The notes beneath the pieces were generated by a model. It was not told the DNA's origin. It was given only the letters and a program-made list of their open reading frames with translations, and searched no databases. Position numbers and translations under genes: made by a program. DNA of 64,000 nt from Gemmatimonadota bacterium (lineage in GTDB: Bacteria > Gemmatimonadota > Gemmatimonadetes > Gemmatimonadales > Gemmatimonadaceae): assembly GCA_040389905.1 (NCBI GenBank), contig JAZJZK010000003.1, forward strand, positions 1 through 64,000, written 5' to 3'. Position 1 is the first letter of the stretch. Each line of letters begins with the position of its first letter. Of this stretch, positions 9,785 to 17,400 are shown in pieces.

Positions 9785-10762
9785 TCACGGCCGGCGTGAT
9801 GCCGCGTACGCCGCCACGGCGATCATGTCCTCCACGCTCAGCGATGACACCACATGCTGCATCGGCGCGCTCGCCGGCGTGGCGCGAGCGCCCGTCTTGA
9901 ACGCCAACAGCTGACGGAAGAGATATGACGCCGACCGCCCCGCGATTGGCGGAACGATGCCGGCACCACGCAGGTCGGGACCGTGACAGGTCGAACAGGC
10001 GGTCGCCGGCGTTGTCTTCTTCGTGGCGAGGACTTTCCCGCGCGCGATGCTGCCGGGTGGAACGTAGGCGGTGAATTTCGTATTGGGGTCGCGCAACTCA
10101 TGCCGCTCCGCGCTTTCCGTGAGCTCCACAATTCGTTGCCCGATGGGCTCTGTTCCACCTGCCGGATGCGCCGCGTACAGTCCGCCGATCTGCATCGTTC
10201 GCGGGACCTCGGCGCGCTCCACCACGGTGAAGCGCGGCTTCATCCTGATCCGCGAGAAGTACTTCGCAGCCTCTGCGACCTCGGCGTCCGTGACGCTGTC
10301 CGCGGCACGAAGCATGTTCGCGGTGGGCGCATAGCTGTCCACGAGCCCCCGGCGGGAGCGCGTGCGAAAGTCGGCGACCTGCTGCATCATGTACGCCGCC
10401 GGCAGTCCCGCGAGCGTCGCATTCTCGGCGCGACCCTGGCCGTCGGGTAGATGACAGTATCCGCAGGCCCACACGGCAGGCTTGCGCCCGGCGGCAACGA
10501 TTGCCGGCATCGGCCGATGCGCGCTGGGGAACCAGTCCGGCGGAGCGTATCGGTCCTTCACCTGTGCCATCGTGAACGATCGGGCACTGCCCGGCACGTG
10601 AAGCGGCGTCACTGTGTCGAACGGCGCTTTCGTCTCCGCGAACGGCTCGGATGTCGTCGGGAACGCCCACAACGGAATCGTAACGGTGGTGGGCGCCGTC
10701 TGTGCCTGGAGCGGTGCGCCGGCCGCGAGAACGGCGGCGACCAGCGCGAGCCGGAGTATCAT
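9785..10762 (-). CDS. Periplasmic dihaem c-type cytochrome (cytochrome c4/c553-like)
   Basis: Two CxxCH motifs (CGYCH, CSTCH); LAGLPAAYMMQQ and IAGRSASYLFRQL; signal peptide begins at ATG 10762 (MILRLALVAAVL). Confidence 0.85.
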   Translation of the reverse strand: MILRLALVAAVLAAGAPLQAQTAPTTVTIPLWAFPTTSEPFAETKAPFDTVTPLHVPGSARSFTMAQVKDRYAPPDWFPSAHRPMPAIVAAGRKPAVWACGYCHLPDGQGRAENATLAGLPAAYMMQQVADFRTRSRRGLVDSYAPTANMLRAADSVTDAEVAEAAKYFSRIRMKPRFTVVERAEVPRTMQIGGLYAAHPAGGTEPIGQRIVELTESAERHELRDPNTKFTAYVPPGSIARGKVLATKKTTPATACSTCHGPDLRGAGIVPPIAGRSASYLFRQLLAFKTGARATPASAPMQHVVSSLSVEDMIAVAAYAASRRP

Positions 10763-10773
10763 GAGATCTCGGT

Positions 10774-11211
10774 TCAGGTATTCGTGCGGGCGCGGAACTC
10801 TTTCTCCGCCTCGAGCATCCTCTTTCCCTCTTCCGATCCTTCGACGGCCGGTGCGAAATCTTCGGAGTCGAACACGGGGCGAATCTCGATCTGCGCTTCG
10901 CCGCCGCCCATCGGATTGGGACAGCGCTTCGCCCATTCGACCGCCTCTTCCAGCGACTTCACCTGAAGCATCCAGAAGCCGGCCACCAATTCCTTCGTTT
11001 CCGCGAACGGCCCGTCCACGACGGTCCGCTTGTCCCCGTCAAAATAGACCCGCGCGCCCTTGGAACTTGGCTGAATGCCATCGCCGGCGAGCATGACACC
11101 CGCGTTGATCAACTCCTCGTTGAACCGACCCATCTGGATCAGCATCTCCGCCGGCGGCATCACACCTGCTTCGCTGTCCGCGTTCGCCTTGACGATCATC
11201 ATGACTCGCAT
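10774..11211 (-). CDS. YciI/DGPF family protein
   Basis: VVDGPFAETKELVAGFW signature; GGAG SD-like motif upstream. Confidence 0.92.
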   Translation of the reverse strand: MRVMMIVKANADSEAGVMPPAEMLIQMGRFNEELINAGVMLAGDGIQPSSKGARVYFDGDKRTVVDGPFAETKELVAGFWMLQVKSLEEAVEWAKRCPNPMGGGEAQIEIRPVFDSEDFAPAVEGSEEGKRMLEAEKEFRARTNT

Positions 11212-11288
11212 TGTCCTGTCTCCATGGCATCAGTTGCGCCCGGGGCGTTCGATCGGAGGTGACCGCTGAACCACGGGCTTACTTACAC

Positions 11289-11315
11289 GACGAGCGAGGA
11301 TTCGCCAGATCGACA
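11289..11315 (-). promoter_or_regulatory. Putative ECF42-dependent promoter
   Basis: The minus strand reads TGTCGA-N17-CGTC about 80 nt upstream of the DGPF gene. This matches the ECF42 consensus (-35 TGTCGA, -10 CGA/TC). Confidence 0.7.
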
Positions 11316-11389
11316 CGGGCCGACACATTTTTTCGAGGAGTTCGAAGCCAGCCGGTCTCGACCCCTGACGGACATATTAACTTCTCCGC

Positions 11390-12556
11390 ATGTCCTTCCA
11401 CGACACCCCCCGCTTCCCGCGCGGCTTCCGCTGCGCCAGCCGGAACTGCGGACTCAAGCCTACTGCCAAGGACCTGGCGCTGTTTGCCAGCGACGTGGAC
11501 GCCGCGGCCGCCGCGGTGTTCACCAAGAACCACTTTCCCGGCGCGCCGGTCATCCTCGGTCGGGAAACCATCCGCGGAGGCCTGCTGAGGGGCGTCGTGG
11601 TGAACAGCAAGGTGAGCAACGTCGCGACAGGCACTCCTGGCGTCGAAAATGCCCGCCGGATGGCCTCCGCGGCCGCCGCAGAACTAGGGACGTCTGCGGA
11701 CAAGATCCTGGTGAGTTCGACGGGCGTGATCGGAGTCCCGCTTCCCGTCGAAAAGATCGAGCGCGGACTGGCCGGCATGTCGAGCGACCTGCAGGATGAT
11801 CCGATCGTGGGCGCCGAGGGCATCATGACGACCGACACGTACGCCAAGGCACTATCGTGCTCGGTCGGCGACGCGACGATCACCTGGGTGGCGAAGGGCT
11901 CGGGAATGATCGAGCCGAATATGGCCACCATGCTCGCGTACATCTTTACCGACGCGGCAGTCGACGCCGAGACGCTCGATCGGTTGTTGCGAAGTGCCGT
12001 GGCAAAGAGCTTCAACATGTTGTCCGTCGACGGCGATACGAGCACATCGGACACCTGCGTCATTCTCGCGAATGGTCTCGCAGGCGAGGTAGACCAATCT
12101 GCGTTTTCAGATGCACTCATCGCGGGCAGTATTCGGATGACGGAGCTGCTGGCGCGAGACGGCGAGGGCGCCGAGCATCTCTTGCGTGTCACGGTGCGTG
12201 GGGCGGCGAGCCCGGACGAGGCGCGCAAGGTCGCGAAGTCCGTTCTCAATTCTCCGCTCGTCAAGACGATGGTCCATGGCGCCGACCCGAACGTGGGCCG
12301 GCTGTTGATGGCCGTCGGAAAGTGCTTCGACTGCAGCATTCGTCCTGAGGCAACCGACGCCTGGATCAACGGCTACCAGGTAGTTCGCGGCGGCGTTCGG
12401 CTCGACTTCGATGACGCGATCGTCCGCGACGCACTGAAGGTGGAGAACGTTGATCTCGAGATTGCGCTTGGCGTGGGGGACGCAGACGCGACGGCGTACG
12501 GCTGCGATCTCACCAAGGGGTACATCGAGGAGAACGCGGCGTACTACTCCTCATGA
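11390..12556 (+). CDS. argJ: Ornithine acetyltransferase / N-acetylglutamate synthase
   Basis: IMTTDT; AKGSGMIEPNMATML (autoproteolysis Thr); DGDTSTSDT; ARDGEGA; CDLTKGYIEENAAY. Confidence 0.95.
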   Translation: MSFHDTPRFPRGFRCASRNCGLKPTAKDLALFASDVDAAAAAVFTKNHFPGAPVILGRETIRGGLLRGVVVNSKVSNVATGTPGVENARRMASAAAAELGTSADKILVSSTGVIGVPLPVEKIERGLAGMSSDLQDDPIVGAEGIMTTDTYAKALSCSVGDATITWVAKGSGMIEPNMATMLAYIFTDAAVDAETLDRLLRSAVAKSFNMLSVDGDTSTSDTCVILANGLAGEVDQSAFSDALIAGSIRMTELLARDGEGAEHLLRVTVRGAASPDEARKVAKSVLNSPLVKTMVHGADPNVGRLLMAVGKCFDCSIRPEATDAWINGYQVVRGGVRLDFDDAIVRDALKVENVDLEIALGVGDADATAYGCDLTKGYIEENAAYYSS

Positions 12557-12587
12557 CAACCGTACCAAGTACTCCGCACAACCACAG

Positions 12588-12783
12588 ACGTACGAAGTAC
12601 CCGGAACCTTGTACCCTGACTGGCATACTGGCCAAGAAGAGCCATCAGAAGGTGGTGTCACGAATAACGCTGTTTGCAACCGCGGAACGGCGTGTGGCGT
12701 TGCACCGATGCCATCAATCGTGTCGAAGGCTCCTCTTGGGTTGGACGCAAGTCCGGATACCCAGTTCCAGGTACCTCGTACGT
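12588..12783. repeat. Long imperfect inverted repeat (56-bp arms, 84-bp spacer) between convergent genes
   Basis: 12588-12643 aligns without gaps to the reverse complement of 12728-12783 at 42/56 positions. The arms have GTAC-NNN heptamer periodicity. Confidence 0.8.
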
Positions 12784-12802
12784 ACGTTCGCCGCGAGCCG
12801 GC

Positions 12803-13828
12803 CTACGCGATTCTAAGCACCCGAATCAGCCCCACGCTGAGCAGTATCAGCACGATCAACGACGCGGTCACGGTGAGCACCACCGGGCGCCCAACCTTGG
12901 CGATCGCCTTGAGATCGACGCCGAGTCCGAGTGCGGCCATCGCAGCAACCGTGAGCCATGATGAGAGTCGCTTCAGCGCTGCCGCCGCGTCAGGCGGGAT
13001 CGCCCCGCTGGACCGTAGCCCCGCCAGCGCGAGAAAGCCGACGATGAACCAGGGGACAAACCGCGTCAGCTGAAAGCGCGCTGCGTCAACTGGAGGCGCG
13101 TCCGCATCGTGGCGGTGCCGCAGCGCGAAGAACAACACCACCGGCCCGAGCATCAGCACGCGCACAAGCTTCACGAGCGTGCCGACCTGTCCGGACAACA
13201 CGCTCACCGGAAACGCCGCTGCCAGCACCTGGGGGACTGCGTAGACGGTCAGGCCGGCGAGGACCCCGTACTGGTAGTGACTCAGGCCAAGTGGCGCGAT
13301 CAGAAGCGGCAGGCCGACGACCACGAGCACGCCCAGAATCGCTGTGAATGCGATAGCCGACGCGACATGCTCCTTCTCCGCGCGGATCACGGGAGCAATC
13401 GCTGCGATCGCGGAGTTGCCGCAAATCGAATTCCCGCACGCGACCAGAACGGACAGCTTGGGCGGCAGCCCGAACGCTCGTCCAATGCCGTAGCTGCAAG
13501 CGATGCCAAGCACGACCAGCAACACGATGCCCACGGCAAGCGACGGCCCGGCGCGGAGGAGGAGCGGCAAGTCCACGGACGCCCCAAGAAGGAAGACCGC
13601 GACCTCCAGAACTTCCTTGCTGGTAAAGGCAATACCGGCGTCGACCCGCTCCGGTACGGACCACAGTGTGCGAATCGCCATCCCGAGGAGGATCGCCAGG
13701 ACGAGGCCCTCGATGATCGGATGCCCGAAGACGCGTTCCTCCGCGCTGGCGAGGGCGACGGAGGCGAGACCCACAAGCGCCGCGACGAGGACGCCGGGAA
13801 TGATCTGAATAACGCGGGACGTCCTCAG
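12803..13828 (-). CDS. YeiH / UPF0324 putative sulfate exporter family membrane protein
   Basis: ACGNSICGNSAIAA, GLTVYAVPQV, LVKLVRVLML, AMAALGL. The reading frame extends upstream of GTG 13774 to a CTG at 13828 preceded by GGAGAG. Confidence 0.88.
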   Translation of the reverse strand: MRTSRVIQIIPGVLVAALVGLASVALASAEERVFGHPIIEGLVLAILLGMAIRTLWSVPERVDAGIAFTSKEVLEVAVFLLGASVDLPLLLRAGPSLAVGIVLLVVLGIACSYGIGRAFGLPPKLSVLVACGNSICGNSAIAAIAPVIRAEKEHVASAIAFTAILGVLVVVGLPLLIAPLGLSHYQYGVLAGLTVYAVPQVLAAAFPVSVLSGQVGTLVKLVRVLMLGPVVLFFALRHRHDADAPPVDAARFQLTRFVPWFIVGFLALAGLRSSGAIPPDAAAALKRLSSWLTVAAMAALGLGVDLKAIAKVGRPVVLTVTASLIVLILLSVGLIRVLRIA

Positions 13829-13906
13829 GCGAATCTCTCCGAGACGGGCGGAACAGCAGGCTCACGGAGAATAGAGGGTGGCACACCGCAAGTGCAGCGC
13901 GGGCGC

Positions 13907-15229
13907 TCAGCCCGTCGGTGGAGGATTGGTCGGCAGCGCGAGTGTGAAACGAGATCCAATACCGACCGTGCTTTCCGCGGTCAGGTCGCCACCCATACCC
14001 CGCGCCAGGTCGCGGCTGATGGCCAGTCCCAGCCCGACGCCGTCCTGCGGACGCGAGAACTTCGGATTCACCTGCACGAACGGATCGAAGATCTCGGCAA
14101 GCTTCTCATCGGGGATTCCCTTTCCCGTATCGGAAATGCGGAAGAGCGTATTTCCGTCGCGTTGCTCACAGTCAACGAGTATCTCGCCCCCCACTGGCGT
14201 GAACTTGATGGAGTTTGAAACGAGATTGATGAGGATCTGGTTGATCTTCTCGCGATCCCCCCACACCATCAGGCCATTGTCGCAATTCAGCACGCGATAG
14301 ACGAGATCACTCACCCGGATCTGAGGACCGGTCAGCGCCTCGATCGTGTCGAGAATATCTCGTACGCGATGATGCGCCGCGTGAAACAGAACGCGTCCCG
14401 TTTCGAGGCGCACGAAGTTCATCATGTCGTTGATGAGGCCGAGCAGGTGCGCCTGACTGCGGCGGATACGCTGAAGGTCAACGATCTGCTCGTCACTGAC
14501 GGCGCCCTTGATACCCATCTCGAGCAACTGCGCGTAGCCGCCGATCGCATTGAGCGGGGTGCGAAGCTCGTGACTCATCACCGCAAGGAATTCCATCTTT
14601 GCCTTGTTGGCTGCCTCCGCGCGCGTTCGCGCGAGCTCCGCACTCGCCAGGCGGCGGTCGTTGGCTTCGGCCTCACGCCGGTCGGTGACATCGATGCCAA
14701 AGAGAACCAACGATTGCAGTTCGCCGCCGGCGCCGTACCGGTTCGCCGAATTCCACGCAATCCAGCGCGTGCTTCCGTTCGCGGCCTTCATCGCCAACTC
14801 GTAGCCGGTAACGTCCTGTCGCTGCATGGCGCGAAGAAAATCATCGAGGTCACCACGCTCGGCAGGCCCGATCGCGACATCCCACAGCACTCGGCCGTCG
14901 AGCGCGGCCGGCTCCCATCCCAGTGTGGTGCGAATCGCGTCATTCACGAGCGACACCACGCCCCCCGGCGAAAGCTCACACACGATCGATGGCGCGCGCG
15001 TGATGAGGTCCCGATACCGCGCTTCGGATCGGGCCATCGCCTCGGCGGTGCGACTCAACAGGATTGGCGATGCCGTGGTGGGATCGAGCACCGCGTCGAC
15101 TTCACCGGCAGTGAGCGCAGACAGCGCACCGTCCGTTTCACTCAGCGTCCGGATCAGCTTGGCGACGTGATCTCGGTAGTCCGAAGTACCCGGTGCAACC
15201 GCCGGCGGGACGATGTTGCTACTGGTCAT
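13907..15229 (-). CDS. PAS-domain sensor histidine kinase
   Basis: H-box MSHELRTPLN; N-box QILINLVSNSIKFT; G1 DTGKGI; F-box FDPF; G2 GVGLGLAI; one PAS domain. ATG 15229 overlaps the end of kaiB. Confidence 0.93.
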   Translation of the reverse strand: MTSSNIVPPAVAPGTSDYRDHVAKLIRTLSETDGALSALTAGEVDAVLDPTTASPILLSRTAEAMARSEARYRDLITRAPSIVCELSPGGVVSLVNDAIRTTLGWEPAALDGRVLWDVAIGPAERGDLDDFLRAMQRQDVTGYELAMKAANGSTRWIAWNSANRYGAGGELQSLVLFGIDVTDRREAEANDRRLASAELARTRAEAANKAKMEFLAVMSHELRTPLNAIGGYAQLLEMGIKGAVSDEQIVDLQRIRRSQAHLLGLINDMMNFVRLETGRVLFHAAHHRVRDILDTIEALTGPQIRVSDLVYRVLNCDNGLMVWGDREKINQILINLVSNSIKFTPVGGEILVDCEQRDGNTLFRISDTGKGIPDEKLAEIFDPFVQVNPKFSRPQDGVGLGLAISRDLARGMGGDLTAESTVGIGSRFTLALPTNPPPTG

Positions 15230-15536
15230 CCGTTCCCCCCGCCCGCGCCTGCAGGCCGAGTGCCGCAACGACACTCGTTCGATCCGACAGCGATCCAACA
15301 ATCGTGGCTCGCGGCTCGGGGCCACTCTTCACGAGTGTCGGCGTGACGAGGACGCCTTCCGCCAGGGTGCGTTGCGGCTCCGCGAGGCAGTCGACGATTT
15401 CGAGCGCGTAATCTTCCGCGGCGAGGGGCGAAAGAATCGCCGCGAGGTTGGAGCGGGCGGCAATCGAGTTCGGCGCGCCCGTCACGACATACAGCCGAAG
15501 TTGCAGTTTTGCCGGGCGCTCAGCGTCATCCCTCAC
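15219..15536 (-). CDS. kaiB: KaiB-family protein
   Basis: LRLYVVTGAPNSIAA...LEIVD...EP...VLVTPTLVK..P.P...IVGSLSD; GTG start overlaps the kaiC stop. Confidence 0.9.
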   Translation of the reverse strand: MRDDAERPAKLQLRLYVVTGAPNSIAARSNLAAILSPLAAEDYALEIVDCLAEPQRTLAEGVLVTPTLVKSGPEPRATIVGSLSDRTSVVAALGLQARAGGTDDQ

Positions 15537-17317
15537 TTGTGATGTCCGGTGGACGCATGAACGCCTCCCGCACCGACCTCCTTTCCATCGACGTCCGCCG
15601 TGCGCCGTTCCAGAACGGCCGCCGTGTCGCTCGCGCGGCGCCGTACGCGCTCGTTCTCCTCGGCCTCGCCCGTCCGGAGCTCGCTTCGGTGTGATTCCAG
15701 CTGACGCTGTAGCGCCGCGATGCGGGCAACCACTTCCGCTTCAGCCAACTCGAGGTGGAGACGCTTGCGGCGTATTTCGGCTGCCTTCCGTTCCTCCGCC
15801 TCGCGGTCCTCGCGTTCGCGCTCCCAGCGTGCCGTTCCGACGAGCACTTCGCCTCCCGCGCTGTACACATCGGCGAGCGACACGCCGTCATCCGACAGGA
15901 TCAACTCGCGGACCTGACTCGAATGCTTCGTGCCGCGCGATTTCACGATGGTCAGCGTGCGATTGCGCTCGCCACCTTTCACGAGATACGCGAGGTGGAT
16001 CCACGTGTCGGCAATCGTGGAGATCTGTGTGGCGGTGGACTCGGCATCGACGACGTCGGATGTCACGAGACTCGTGCAGATCGTCGTGATCCCGCGCGCC
16101 TTCGCGAAGTCCATGATTCTGACCGAGGCATGCGACGCCGCAACGTGACCTCCCGTCTTCGCGAGCGCCGAGATCGGATCGATGACGAGGACCTGCGGGT
16201 TGTGTTGGTCGATCAATCCCTTCAGGCTCAGGAGATGTTCTTCCGCACCCTGCGACTCTGTCCTCGCGGAATTGATGACCAGCAGCCCCTTGCCGACGTA
16301 CGGTTGCAGATCGAGACCGACCGACTGCAGGTTGCGCACGAACTGCGACGCGCTCTCGTCGAACGTCATGATCAGCGCTCTTTCTCCTCGCGCGCAGGCC
16401 GCCGCGGCGCACGCTGCCGACAGCGTTGTTTTGGCCGTACCGGGTGCCCCGGAGATCAGCACACTCGAGCCACGGTAGTATCCGCCGCCCAGCATGGTGT
16501 CCATTCGCGGAATGCCGGTGGAGACGCGTTCCGTGGATGCATCCAGCGCGTGTTCTTCCGAAGCGAAGGTGGACACCTGGACACCCGTCTTCGAGATCAC
16601 GAGCGGGAATTCGTTCTCACTGAAGCCGGACCCGCGGTACTTCATGACGCGGACGGTGCGGAGGGACACGCGGTCGGCGAGGCGGTGCTGGAACACCACG
16701 ACACAGTCCACCATGAACTGCATGAATGCATACCGCTCCGTCGTTGGCCGGTCGGCTTCCGCGGACTTTCCGGTGATCAACGCCGTCAAGCCTTCTGCCT
16801 GAAGCCACTCGTAGATGCGATACATTTCGCGACGTTCGGCCGTGGGGTCGTCCAGGAGCGTCAGCAGGACGTCGATGCCATCGAAGACGACGTAGGTTGC
16901 GTCCATCTCCTTCGCCTTGGCGCTCACACCGGCGAGCATGCCCGCGAGGTCGAACTGGCCGGCGCGAACGACCGTCGGCGAGAGTCGTGCGTCGAGGAAG
17001 AAGAGGCGCTCGCGTTCGAGTGCGGGGAGGTCCCACCCGAAGGTCGCCGCGTTGTTGATGATCTGCCGCGAATTCTCCTCGAAGGCGATGAAGATGCCGG
17101 GCCGGCGGTCTCCTCTCGCGCTGTTCACGAGCGTTTCGAGCGCGAAGACCGTTTTCCCGGCGCCGGGCCCGCCGAGCAGCAGCGTCACCCGCCCGAGGGG
17201 AATTCCTCCGCCGGTTATTTCATCGAAGCCCTTGATCCGCGTCTCCGCCTTGGCAATGCCGGGCGCTGCCGTGTGCTCGAGTTCGGAGGTTCTGTCGGTC
17301 GATTCGTGGTTCTGCAT
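15533..17317 (-). CDS. kaiC: Two-domain KaiC ATPase with C-terminal coiled coil
   Basis: Walker A motifs GGPGAGKT (CI) and GAPGTAKT (CII); KYRGS and KSRGT arginine-finger motifs; phosphosite motif ISTIADTW. Confidence 0.95.
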   Translation of the reverse strand: MQNHESTDRTSELEHTAAPGIAKAETRIKGFDEITGGGIPLGRVTLLLGGPGAGKTVFALETLVNSARGDRRPGIFIAFEENSRQIINNAATFGWDLPALERERLFFLDARLSPTVVRAGQFDLAGMLAGVSAKAKEMDATYVVFDGIDVLLTLLDDPTAERREMYRIYEWLQAEGLTALITGKSAEADRPTTERYAFMQFMVDCVVVFQHRLADRVSLRTVRVMKYRGSGFSENEFPLVISKTGVQVSTFASEEHALDASTERVSTGIPRMDTMLGGGYYRGSSVLISGAPGTAKTTLSAACAAAACARGERALIMTFDESASQFVRNLQSVGLDLQPYVGKGLLVINSARTESQGAEEHLLSLKGLIDQHNPQVLVIDPISALAKTGGHVAASHASVRIMDFAKARGITTICTSLVTSDVVDAESTATQISTIADTWIHLAYLVKGGERNRTLTIVKSRGTKHSSQVRELILSDDGVSLADVYSAGGEVLVGTARWEREREDREAEERKAAEIRRKRLHLELAEAEVVARIAALQRQLESHRSELRTGEAEENERVRRRASDTAAVLERRTADVDGKEVGAGGVHASTGHHK

Positions 17318-17400
17318 TGCCAGTCCGGTTGGCCTTGAGGGTTGGGCGACCGAGCTGACCTATTAAAGTTTTGTGCCACGAATTCTCGAGGCTGATTGGC

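Noticed and set aside
12450..13073. ORFs across palindromic intergenic regions (also 27198-27473, 54438-55055)
   Set aside because: They are translations of repeat elements overlapping real genes, with no independent coding evidence.
15755..17338. 527-aa plus-strand ORF opposite kaiC, and similar long shadow ORFs (e.g. 42493-44136, 56636-57886, 39322-40803)
   Set aside because: These are antisense or alternate-frame products of high-GC codon bias with no recognisable motifs.
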